DNA of 64,000 nt from Mobula hypostoma (taxonomy: Eukaryota), in contig NC_086107.1 in assembly GCF_963921235.1 (NCBI RefSeq), positions 108,316,001-108,380,000 of the forward strand, in the 5' to 3' direction. Below, piece after piece: positions 19,198 through 34,100 of this stretch; the stretch's first letter is position 1, and each line of letters begins with the position of its first letter. Under the pieces are notes generated by a model that ran no database searches, had not been told where the DNA came from, and saw nothing but the letters and a program-made list of their open reading frames with translations. Position numbers and translations under genes: made by a program.

Positions 19198-22100
19198 GAC
19201 ACACTGTACCAACAACACATCCTGTCCTCCCATACTGTGTACCCCAATACTTTCTGTAACACTGTGCACCAACGTGTCCGGTCTTCTCACACTGTGCCCC
19301 AACATCTCCTGTTCTCCCTCTCAGTGTACGCCAACACCTCCTGTCCACACTCATGTTATACCCGAACACCTCCCACCTTCATACACACTGTAACCTAATA
19401 CCTCACAGACACAGGTTTCTAAGAACACCCACTCTGACACACAATAAACGCCAACACCACCCATTGTCAGAAACGCTGTACCAACAACAGCTCCTGTCCC
19501 CCCATGCAGCGTACCCAAATACTCTCCATCACACCATGCCCCATCATGTCCAGTACATCTTTCAAAAATTGCACCCCAAACTTCAGTCCACTCTCTCACT
19601 GTATCCAAAAAACTCCTCTCCTCACACACACTGTATCACAAAACATCCTGTCCTCTCCCACACAGTACCACAACACATCCCACCCTCTCGCACACTGTAC
19701 CCCAACACATCCTGTCCTCACCCACACTGTACCCCAACACATCCCACCCTCTCCCACACAGTACACCAACACATCCTGTCCAGTCCAACACTGTATCCCA
19801 ACACATCCCACCCCCTCTCACCCTGTACCCCAACACATCCCACCCTCTCCCACACAGTACCCTAACACATCTGACCCTCTCTCACAATGTACCCCAACAT
19901 ATCCCACTCTCCCACACTGTACCCCAACACATCCCACCCTCTCCCACACTGTACCCCAACACATCCCACCCTCTCCCACACAGTACACCAACACATCCTG
20001 TCCAGTCCAACACTGTATCCCAACACATCCCACCCCCTCTCACCCTGTACCACAACACAACCCACCCTCTCTCACACCGTACACCAACAGATCCTTTCCT
20101 CACCCACGCTGTACGACAAGACATCCCACCCTCTCCCACACAGTACCCCAATACATACCATGCTATGTCACACAGCACCCCAACACATCCCACACTCTCC
20201 CACACAGTGGCCCAACACATCCCACCCTCTCCCACACAGTACCCCAACACATCCCACCCTCTCTCACACTGTACCTTAACAAATCATACCCTCTCTCACA
20301 CTGTACCCCAACACATCCCACCCTCTCTCACACGGTACCCCAACACATCCCACCCTCTGTCACACAGTACCCCAACAAATCCCACCCTCTCCCAAAGTAT
20401 ACCCCAACACATCCTGTCCTCTCTCAGAGTGTACCCCAACACATCCCACCCTCTCTAACACATCAACCCAACGTATACCACCCTCTCACACACTGTACCC
20501 CAACACATCCCACCCTCTCCCACACTGTACCCCAACACATCCCACCCTCTCCCACACAGTACCTCAACACATCCAACCCTCTCCCACACAGTACCCCAAC
20601 ACATCCCACCCTCTGTCACACAGTACCCCAACAAATCCCACCCTCTCCCTCACAGTACGCCAATACAATGAACCCTCTCCCACACAGTACCCTAACACAT
20701 CCCACCCTATCTCACAATGTACCCCAACATATCCCACCCTCTCCCACACTGTACCCCAACACATCCCACCCTCTCCCACACTGTACCCCAACATATCCCA
20801 CCCTCTCTCACCCTGTATCCCAACACATCCCACCCTCTCCCACACAGTACCCCAATACATACCACGCTATGGCACACAGCACCCCAACACATCCCACACT
20901 CTCAAATACTGTACCCCAACACATCCCACCCTCTCTCACACGGTACCCCAACACATCCCACCCTCTGTCACACAGTACCCCAACAAATCCCACCCTCTCC
21001 CTCACAGTACGCCAATACAATGAACCCTCTCCCACACTGTACCCCAACACATCCGACCCTCTCTCACACTGTACCCCAACACATTCCACCCTCTCACACA
21101 CTGAACCCCAACACATCCCACCTTCTCCCACATTGTACCCCAACACATCCCACCCTCTCCCACACGGTACCCCAACACATCCCACCTTCTCCCACATTGT
21201 ACCCCAACACATCCCACCCTCTCCCACACAGTACCCCAATACATACCACGCTATGGCACACAGCACCCCAACACATCCCACACTCTCCCACACAGTGGCC
21301 CAACACATCCCACCCTCTCCCACACAGTACCCCAACACATCCCACCCTCTCAAATACTGTACACCAACACATCCCACCCTCTCCCACACGGTACCCCAAC
21401 ACATCCCACCGTCTCCCACACTGTACAACAACACATCCCACCCTCTCCCACACTGTACCCCAACACATCCCACCCTCTCCCACACAGTACCTCAACACAT
21501 CCAACCCTCTCCCACACAGTACCCCAACACATCCCACCCTCTGTCACACAGTACCCCAACAAATCCCACCCTCTCCCTCACAGTACGCCAATACAATGAA
21601 CCCTCTCCCACACAGTACCCTAACACATCCCACCCTATCTCACAATGTACCCCAACATATCCCACCCTCTCCCACACTGTACCCCAACACATCCCACCCT
21701 CTCCCACACTGTACCCCAACATATCCCACCCTCTCTCACCCTGTATCCCAACACATCCCACCCTCTCCCACACAGTACCCCAATACATACCACGCTATGG
21801 CACACAGCACCCCAACACATCCCACACTCTCAAATACTGTACCCCAACACATCCCACCCTCTCTCACACGGTACCCCAACACATCCCACCCTCTGTCACA
21901 CAGTACCCCAACAAATCCCACCCTCTCCCTCACAGTACGCCAATACAATGAACCCTCTCCCACACTGTACCCCAACACATCCGACCCTCTCTCACACTGT
22001 ACCCCAACACATTCCACCCTCTCACACACTGAACCCCAACACATCCCACCTTCTCCCACATTGTACCCCAACACATCCCACCCTCTCCCACACAGTACCC

Positions 22101-25100
22101 CAACACATCCCACCCTCTCCCACATTGTACCCCAACACATCCCACCCTCTCCCACACAGTACCCCAATACATACCACGCTATGGCACACAGCACCCCAAC
22201 ACATCCCACACTCTCCCACACAGTGGCCCAACACATCCCACCCTCTCCCACACAGTACCCCAACACATCCCACCCTCTCAAATACTGTACACCAACACAT
22301 CCCACCCTCTCCCACACGGTACCCCAACACATCCCACCGTCTCCCACACTGCACAACAACACATCCCACCCTCTGTCACACAGTACCCCAACAAATCCCA
22401 CCCTCTCCCTCACAGTAGGCCAATACAACGAACCCTCTCCCACACTGTACCCCAACACAGCCGACCCTCTCTCACACTGTACCCCAACACATTCCACCCT
22501 CTCTCACACTGTACCCCAACACATCCCACCCTCTCTCACAGACTGTACCCCAACACACCCACCCTCTCACACACTGAACCCCAACACATCCCACCTTCTC
22601 CCACATTGTACCCCAACACATCCCACCCTCTCCCACACGGTACACCAACACATCCCACCCTCTCTCACATTGTACCCTAACAAATCATACCCTCTCTCAC
22701 ACTGTACCCCAACACATCCCACCCTCTCTCACACGGTACCCCAACACAACCCACCCTCTCCCACACTGTACCCCAACACATCCCACCCTCTCTTCCACTG
22801 TACACCAACACATCCCACCCTCTCCCACACAGTACCCCAACACATCGCACCCTATATCACACAGTACCCCAACACATCCCACCGTCTCCAACACTGTACC
22901 CCAACACATCCCACCCTCTCCCACAAAGTGCCCCAACACATCCCACCTTCTCCCACACTGCACCACAAAACATCCCACCCTCTCTCACGCCGTACACCAA
23001 CACATCCTGTCCTCACCCACACTGTACCCCAACACATCCAACCCTCTCCCACACTGTGCCCCAACACATCCCACCCTTTCCAACACTGTACCCCAATACA
23101 TCCCACCCTCTGTCACACTGTAGTACAACACAACCCACCCTCTCCAACACAGCACCCCAACACATCCCACCCTCTCCCACACAGTACACCAACACATCCT
23201 GTCCTCTTCCACACCGTACCCCAACACATCCCATGCTCTCTCACACCGTATCCCAACACATCCTGTTCTCACCCACACTGTACCCCACCTCATCCCACCC
23301 TCTCCCACACTGGACCCCGATACATCCCACCCTCTCACACACTGTACCCCAACACATCCCACCCTCTCTCACACAGTACCCCAACACATCTCACCCTCTC
23401 CAAAACTATTCCCCAACACATCCCACCCTGTGCCACACAGTACCCCAATACATCCCAGCCTCTCCACACAGTAACCCAATATAACCAACCCTCTGTCACA
23501 CAGTACCCGAACACGTCCCATCCTCTCCCACTGTACCCCAACACATCCCACCCTCTCTCTCACAGTACCACAATACATCGCACCTTCTGTCACACTGCAC
23601 ACCAACACATCCCACCCTCTGGAACACTGTACCCCAACACATACCACCCTTTCTCACACTGTATCCCAGCACATCCCTCCATCTCTCACAATGTACCCCA
23701 ACACATCCCACCCTCTCCCACACTGTACATCAAGACATTCCACCCTCTCTCACACTATACCCCAACACATCCCAACCTCTCTCACAATGTACCCCAAAAC
23801 ATCACACCCTCTCTCACACAGTACCCCAACACATCCCACCCTCGCACACAGTGTGCCCCAATACATCCCACCTACTCTCACACAGTACCCCAACACATCC
23901 CACCGTCTCCCACACTGTACCCCAAAACATCACAGGCTGTGTCACACAGTAGTGCAACACATCCGACCCTCTCTCAAACTGTAACCGAACACAGCCCAGC
24001 CTCTCTCACACTGTACCCTAACACATCCCATGCTCTCCCACACTGTACCCCAATATATCCCACCTTTGTCACACTGTACCCAAACACATCTCACCATCTC
24101 TCACACAGTACCCCAACACCTCACACCCTCTCTCACACTATACCCCAACACATCCCGCCCTCTCACACACTGTACCCCAACACATCCCACCCTCTGTCAC
24201 ACTGTACCCCAACACATCCCATCCTCGCTCACACAATACCCCAACACATCCCCGTCTGTCTCACACTGTACCCCAACACATCCCACCCTCTCCTACACGG
24301 TACCCCAATGCATCCTACCTTCTGTCACACTATACCCCAACACATCCTGTCCTCTCTCAGAGTGTACCCCAACACATCACACCCTCGCTCACACTATAAC
24401 CCAACACATCACACCCTCTCACACACTGGACCACAACACACCCCACCCTCCGTCACACTGTACCCCAACACATCCCATCCTCTCTCACGCAGTACCCCAA
24501 CACATCCAACCTTTCTCAAACTGTACCCCAACACATCCCACTCTCTCTCACACTCTACGACAACACATCCCACCTTCTCCCAAAAAGTACCCCAATACAT
24601 CCCACCCTCTCCAACACTGTACCCCAACATATCCCACCCTCTCTCCCACAGTACCCCAAGAGATCCCACCGACTCCAACAATATACCTCAACACATCCCA
24701 CCCTCTCTCACACTGTACCCCAACACATCCCACCCTCTCCAACACTGTACCCCAACATAACCTACCCTCTCTCACACAGTACCCCAACACATCCCACCCT
24801 CTCTCACACTGTACACGAACACATCCCAACCACTCCCACACTGTACCCCAACAAATCCCACCCTCTCTCAAACTGTACCCCAACACATCCCACCCTCTCC
24901 AACACTGTACCCCAACATATCCCACCCTCTCTCCCACAGTACCCCAACACATCCGACCCTCTCTCAAACTGTACCCAAACACATCCCAGCCTCTCCCACA
25001 CTGTACACCAACACATCCCAACCTCTCCCACACTGTACCGAAACATATCCCACCCTCGCACACAGTGTACCCCAACACATCCGACCATCTCCCACATAGT

Positions 25101-28100
25101 ACACCAACACATCCCACCGTCTCCAACACTGTACCCCAACACATCCCACCCTCTCTCACACTATACCCCAACACATCCGACCCTCTCCAACACTGCACCC
25201 CAACACATCCCACCCTCTCCTACACTGTACCACAATACATGACTCCCTCTGTCACACTGTACCCCAATAAATCCCACCCTCTGTCACACTGTACCACAAC
25301 ACAACCCAACCTCTCCCACACAGTACCCCAACACATCCCACCCTCTCCCACACAGTACCCCAACACATCCCACCCTTTCTCACACCGTACCCCAACACAT
25401 CCTGTTCTCACCCACACTGTGCCCCAACTCATCCCACCCTCTCCCACTCGGGACCCTGATACATCCCATCCTCTTACAAACTGTACCCCAACAAATCATA
25501 CCCTCTCACACTGTACCCCAACACATCCCACCCTCTCTCACACTGCCCCCAACACATCTCACCCTCTCCAACACTACTCCCCAACACATCCCACCCTGTC
25601 GCACAGTACCCCAATACATCCCACCCTCTCTCACACTGTAACGCAGCACGTCACTCCCTCCCTCACACAGTACCCCAACAGATCCTGTCCTCACCCACAC
25701 TATACCCCAACACATCCCACCCTCTCCCTCACAGTACCACAATACATCCCTACGACTGTCACACTGTACCCCAACAAATCATTCCCTCTCTCACACTGTA
25801 CCCCAACATACCCACCCTCTCACACACTGCACCCCAATACATACCACCCTCTCACACACTGTACCCCAACACATCCCACCCCCTCACACACTGCACCCCA
25901 ATACATACCACCCTCTCACACACTGTACCCCAACACATCCCACCCCCTCACACACTGCACCCCAACACATACCACCCTCTCTCACACTGTATCCCAGCAC
26001 ATCCCTCCCTCTCTCACACAGTACACCAACACATTCGTCCTACTCTCAAACTGTACCCCAACACATCCCAGCCTCTCCCACACTGTACCCCAACACATAC
26101 CACCCTCGCACACAGTGTGCCCCAATACATCCCACCTACTCTCACACAGTACCCCAACACATCCCAGCCTCTCCCACACTGTACCCCAACACATCCCACC
26201 CTCTCCCACACGGTACATCAACAAATCCCACCGTCTCCAACAATGTACCCCAACACATCCCACCCTCTCCCACACGGTACATCAACAAATCCCACCGTCT
26301 CCAACAATGTACCCAACACATCCCACTCACTCCCTCATTGTACCCCAATATATCCCACCCTCTATCACAGAGTACCCCAACACATTCCACAATCTGTCAC
26401 ACAGTACCCCAACACCACCCACTCTCTTTCACACTGTACCCCAACACATCCCAACTTCTATCACACTGTATCCCAACTCATCCCACCCTCTCCCACACTG
26501 TACCCCGACACATCCCACCCTCTCCCACACAGTATCCCAATACATCCCACCCTCTGTCACAGAGTTCCCCAACACATCCCATCCGCTCCCACTATACCCC
26601 AACAGATCCCACCTTTCCTCACACTGTCCCACAACACATACCACCCTCTCCCACCCTGTACTCCAGCACATACAACCCTCTCCCACAATGTACCCCAACA
26701 CATCCCACCCTCTCCCACACTGTACCCCAACACATCTCACCCTCTCTCACACTGTACCCCAACACATCCCACCCTCTTCAACACTGTATCCCAACACATC
26801 CCACCCTCTCCCACTCTGTACCCGAACACATAACACCCTCTCTCACACTGTACACCAACACATCCCACCCTCTCCAACGCAGTACCCCAATACATCCCAC
26901 CCTCTGTCACACTGTAGTACAACACAACCCACCTTCTCACACACTGTACCCAAACACATCCCACCCTCTCCCACACTGTACCCCGGCACATCTCACCCTC
27001 GCCCACACTGCACCACAAAATATCCCACCCTCTCTCACGCTGTACCCAAACACATCCTGTCCTCACCCACACTGTACCCCAACACATCCAACCCTCTCTC
27101 ACACTGTACCCCAACACATCCCACCCACTCTCATACAGTACCCCAACACATCCAACCCTCTCCCACACTGTACCCCAACACATCCCACCCTCTGCACACA
27201 GTAACTCAATACATCCCACCCTCTGTCACACAGTACCATAACACGTCCCATCCTCTCCCGCTGTACCCCAACACATCCCACCTTCCCTCACACTGTCCCC
27301 CAACACAACCCACCCTCTCCCACCCAATACCAAACACATCCCACCCTCTCCCACACAGTACCCCAACACATCCCACCCTCTCCCACACAGTACCCCAACA
27401 CATCCCACCCTCTCCAACACTGTACACTGACACATCCCACCCTCTCTCACACTGTACCCCAACACATCCCACCCTCTCCCACACAGTACCCCAACACATC
27501 CCACTCTCTCTCACACTGTACCCCAACAAATCATACCCTCTCTCACACTGTACCCCAACACACCCCCTCTCACACACTGTACCCCAAAACATCCCACCCT
27601 CTCCCACACAGTACCCCAACACATCCCACTCTCTCTCACACTGTACCCCAACAAATCATACCCTCTCTCACACTGTACCCCAACACACCCCCTCTCACAC
27701 ACTGTACCCCAAAATATCCCACCATCTCCCACACTGTACCCCAACACATTCCACCCTCTCACACAATGTACCACAATACATGACACCCTTTGTCACACAG
27801 TACCCCAATACATCCCACCCTCTGTCACACTGTACCCCAACACATCCCACCCTCTCCCACACAGTACACCAACACATCCTGTCCTCTCCCACACTGCACC
27901 CCAACACATCCCACCCTCTCCTACACTGTACCACAATACATGACTCCCTCTGTCACACTGTACCCCAATAAATCCCACCCTCTGTCACACTGTACCACAA
28001 CACAACCCAACCTCTCCCACACAGTACCCCAACACATCCCACCCTCTCCCACACAGTACCCCAACACATCCCACCCTTTCTCACACCGTACCCCAACACA

Positions 28101-31100
28101 TCCTGTTCTCACCCACACTGTGCCCCAACTCATCCCACCCTCTCCCACTCGGGACCCTGATACATCCCATCCTCTTACACACTGTACCCCAACAAATCAT
28201 ACCCTCTCACACTGTACCCCAACACATCCCACCCTCTCTCACACTGCCCCCAACACATCTCACCCTCTCCAACACTACTCCCCAACACATCCCACCCTGT
28301 CGCACAGTACCCCAATACATCCCACCCTCTCTCACACTGTAACGCAGCACATCACTCCCTCCCTCACACAGTACCCCAACAGATCCTGTCCTCACCCACA
28401 CTATACCCCAACACATCCCACCCTCTCCCTCACAGTACCACAATACATCCCTACGACTGTCACACTGTACCCCAATACATTGCACCTTCTCACACACTGC
28501 ACCCCAACACATACCACCCTCTGCACACAGTAACTCAATACATCCCACCCTCTGTCACACAGTACCATAACACGTCCCATCCTCTCCCGCTGTACCCCAA
28601 CACATCCCACCTTCCCTCACACTGTCCCCCAACACAACCCACCCTCTCCCACCCAATACCAAACACATCCCACCCTCTCCCACACAGTACCCCAACACAT
28701 CCCACCCTCTCCCACACAGTACCCCAACACATCCCACCCTCTCCAACACTGTACACTGACACATCCCACCCTCTCTCACACTGTACCCCAACACATCCCA
28801 CCCTCTCCCACACAGTACCCCAACACATCCCACTCTCTCTCACACTGTACCCCAACAAATCATACCCTCTCTCACACTGTACCCCAACACACCCCCTCTC
28901 ACACACTGTACCCCAAAACATCCCACCCTCTCCCACACAGTACCCCAACACATCCCACTCTCTCTCACACTGTACCCCAACAAATCATACCCTCTCTCAC
29001 ACTGTACCCCAACACACCCCCTCTCACACACTGTACCCCAAAATATCCCACCATCTCCCACACTGTACCCCAACACATTCCACCCTCTCACACAATGTAC
29101 CACAATACATGACACCCTTTGTCACACAGTACCCCAATACATCCCACCCTCTGTCACACTGTACCCCAACACATCCCACCCTCTCCCACACAGTACACCA
29201 ACACATCCTGTCCTCTCCCACACTGCACCCCAACACATCCCACCCTCTCCTACACTGTACCACAATACATGACTCCCTCTGTCACACTGTACCCCAATAA
29301 ATCCCACCCTCTGTCACACTGTACCACAACACAACCCAACCTCTCCCGCACAGTACCCCAACACATCCCACCCTCTCCCACACAGTACCCCAACACATCC
29401 CACCCTTTCTCACACCGTACCCCAACACATCCTGTTCTCACCCACACTGTGCCCCAACTCATCCCACCCTCTCCCACTCGGGACCCTGATACATCCCATC
29501 CTCTTACACACTGTACCCCAACAAATCATACCCTCTCACACTGTACCCCAACACATCCCACCCTCTCTCACACTGCCCCCAACACATCTCACCCTCTCCA
29601 ACACTACTCCCCAACACATCCCACCCTGTCGCACAGTACCCCAATACATCCCACCCTCTCTCACACTGTAACGCAGCACATCACTCCCTCCCTCACACAG
29701 TACCCCAACAGATCCTGTCCTCACCCACACTATACCCCAACACATCCCACCCTCTCCCTCACAGTACCACAATACATCCCTACGACTGTCACACTGTACC
29801 CCAATACATTGCACCTTCTCACACACTGCACCCCAGCACATCCCACCCCCTCACACACTGCACCCCAATACATACCACCCTCTCACACACTGTACCCCAA
29901 CACATCCCACCCCCTCACACACTGCACCCCAACACATACCACCCTCTCTCACACTGTATCCCAGCACATCCCTCCCTCTCTCACACAGTACACCAACACA
30001 TTCGTCCTACTCTCAAACTGTACCCCAACACATCCCAGCCTCTCCCACACTGTACCCCAACACATACCACCCTCGCACACAGTGTGCCCCAATACATCCC
30101 ACCTACTCTCACACAGTACCCCAACACATCCCAGCCTCTCCCACACTGTACCCCAACACATCCCACCCTCTCCCACACGGTACATCAACAAATCCCACCG
30201 TCTCCAACAATGTACCCCAACACATCCCACTCACTCCCTCATTGTACCCCAATATATCCCACCCTCTATCACAGAGTACCCCAACACATTCCACAATCTA
30301 TCACACAGTACCCCAACACCACCCACTCTCTTTCACACTGTACCCCAACACATCCCAACTTCTATCACACTGTATCCCAACTCATCCCACCCGCTCCCAC
30401 ACTGTACCCCGACACATCCCACCCTCTCCCACACAGTACCCAAACACATCCCACCCTCTCCGACACAGTATCCCAATACATCCCACCCTCTGTCACAGAG
30501 TTCCCTAACACATCCCATCCGCTCCCACTATACCCCAACAGATCCCACCTTCTGTCACACTGTCCCACAACACATACCACCCTCTCCCACCCTGTACTCC
30601 AGCACATACAACCCTCTCCCACAATGTACCCCAACACATCCCACCCTCTCCCACAATGTACCCCAACACATCCCACCAACTCCCACACTGTACCGCAACA
30701 CATCCCACCCTCTGCCACACTGTACCCCAATACATCCTACCCTATGTCACACTCTAACCAAATACATCCCTCAATCTGTCACACAGTAACCCAACACATC
30801 CCACCCTCTCACACAGTGTACCCCAAACATCCCACGCTCAACCACACAGTACCCCAATACATCTTACCCACTGTCACACTGTACCCCAATACATCCCACC
30901 CTCTCTCACACTTTCCCCAACACATATCACCCTCACCAACACTATACCCCAATACATCCCACCCTCTGTCACAGAGTACCCCACCATGTCCCATCCTCTC
31001 CCACTGTACCCCAATACATCCCACCCTCTCTCACACTGTACCCCAGCACATCACTCCCTCCCTCACACAGTACCCCAACAGATCTTGTCCTCACCCACAC

Positions 31101-34100
31101 TATACCCCAATACATCCCACCCTCTCCCACACTGTACCCCAACAGATCTTGTCCTCACCCACACTATACCCCAATACATCCCACCCTCTCCCACACTCTA
31201 CCTCAACACGTCCCACCCTCTCGCACACTGTACCCCAACACATCCCATCCTCTCCAACTGAACCCCAACACATCCCACCCTATGTCACACAGTACCCCAA
31301 CACATCCCACCCTCTCCCACACGGTACCCCAACACATCCCACTCTCTCTCCCACACAGTACCCCAACACATCCCACCCTCTCCAACACTGTACCCCAACA
31401 CATCCCACCCTCTGTCATACGGTGCCCCAACACATCCCACCCTCTCCACACAGTAACACAATATAACCAACCCTCTGTCACACAGTACCCCAACACGTCC
31501 CATCCTCTCCCACTGTACCCCAATACATCCCACCTTCTCTCACACTGTACCCCAACACATACCACCCTTTCTCACACTGTACCCCAACACATCCCACCCT
31601 CTCCCTCACAGTACCCCAACACATCCCACCCTCTGGAACACTGTACCCCAACACATACCACCCTTTCTCACACTGTATCCCAGCACATCCCTCCCTCTCT
31701 CACACAGTACCCCAACACATCCCACCCTCTCCCACACATTACCCCAACATAGCCCACGCTCTCCCACACTGTACCCCAATATATCCCACCTTTGTCACAC
31801 TGTACCCCAAAACATCCCACCCTGTCGCACAGTACCCCAATACATCCCACCCTCTCTCACACTGTAACGCAGCACATCACTCCCTCCCTCTCACAGTACC
31901 CCAACAGATCCTGTCCTCACCCACACTATACCCCAACACATCCCACCCTCTCCCTCACAGTACCACAATACATCCCTACGACTGGCACACTGTACCCCAA
32001 TACATTGCACCTTCTCACACTGTACCCCAACACATCCCACCCCTCACACACTGCACCCCAACACATACCACCCTCTCTCACATTGTATCCCAGCACATCC
32101 CTCCCTCTCACACAGTACACCAACACATCCCAACCTCTCTCACAATGAACCCCAACACATCCCACCCTCTCTCACACTGTACCCCAACACATACCACCCT
32201 TTCTCACACTGTATCCCAGCACATCCCTCGCTCTCTCACACAGTACCCCAACACATCCCACTCTCTCTCACACTGTACCCCAACAAATCATACCCTCTCT
32301 CACACTGTACCCCAACATACCCACCCTCTCACACACTGTACCCCAACACATCCCACCCTCTCCAACACTGTACCCCAATACATCCCACCCTCTGTCATAC
32401 AGTGCCCCAATACATCCCACCCTCTCCCACACTGTACCCCAACACATCCCACCCTGTGCCACACAGTACCCCAATACATCCCACCCTCTCCACACAGTAA
32501 CTCAATATAACCAAACCCCTGTCACACAGTACCCCAACACGTCCCATCCTCTCCCACTGTACCCCAATACATCCCACCTTCTCTCACACTGTACCCCAAC
32601 ACATACCACCCTTTCTCACACTGTACCCCAACACATCCCACCCTCTCCCTCACAGTACCCCAACACATCCCACCCTCTGGAACACTGTACCCCAACACAT
32701 ACCACCCTTTCTCACACTGTATCCCAGCACATCCCTCCCTCTCTCACACAGTACCCCAACACATCCCACCCTCTCCCACACATTACCCCAACATAGCCCA
32801 CGCTCTCCCACACTGTACCCCAATATATCCCACCTTTGTCACACTGTACCCCAAAACATCCCACCCTGTCGCACAGTACCCCAATACATCCCACCCTCTC
32901 TCACACTGTAACGCAGCACATCACTCCCTCCCTCTCACAGTACCCCAACAGATCCTGTCCTCACCCACACTATACCCCAACACATCCCACCCTCTCCCTC
33001 ACAGTACCACAATACATCCCTACGACTGGCACACTGTACCCCAATACATTGCACCTTCTCACACTGTACCCCAACACATCCCACCCCTCACACACTGCAC
33101 CCCAACACATACCACCCTCTCTCACATTGTATCCCAGCACATCCCTCCCTCTCACACAGTACACCAACACATCCCAACCTCTCTCACAATGAACCCCAAC
33201 ACATCCCACCCTCTCTCACACTGTACCCCAACACATACCACCCTTTCTCACACTGTATCCCAGCACATCCCTCGCTCTCTCACACAGTACCCCAACACAT
33301 CCCACTCTCTCTCACACTGTACCCCAACAAATCAAACCCTCTCTCACACTGTACCCCAACATACCCACCCTCTCACACACTGTACCCCAACACATCCCAC
33401 CCTCTCCAACACTGTACCCCAATACATCCCACCCTCTGTCATACAGTGCCCCAATACATCCCACCCTCTCCCACACTGTACCCCAACACATCCCACCCTG
33501 TGCCACACAGTACCCCAATACATCCCACCCTCTCCACACAGTAACTCAATATAACCAAACCCCTGTCACACAGTACCCCAACACGTCCCATCCTCTCCCA
33601 CTGTACCCCAATACATCCCACCTTCTGTCACACTTTACCCCAACACATCCCACCCTCTCCCTGACAGTACCACAATACATCCCACCCTCTCTCACACTGT
33701 ATCCCAGCACATCCCTCCCTCTCTCACACAGTACCCCAACACATCCCACCCTCTCTCACAAGGTACCCCAGCACATCCCACCCTCTCTCACACAGTACCC
33801 CAACACATCCCACCGTCTCCCACACTGTACCCCAAAACAGCACAGGCTGTGTCACACGGTAGTGCAACACATCCGACCCTCTCTCAAACTGTAACCGAAC
33901 ACAGCTCAGCCTCTCTCACACTGTACCCCAACATATCCCACGCTCTCCCACACTGTACTCCAATATATCCCACCTTTGTAACACTGTACCCCAACACATC
34001 CCACCCTCTGCACACAGTAACCCAATACATCCCACTCTCTGTCACACAGTACCCCAACACGTCCCATCCTCTCCCACTGTACTCCAATACATCCCACCCT

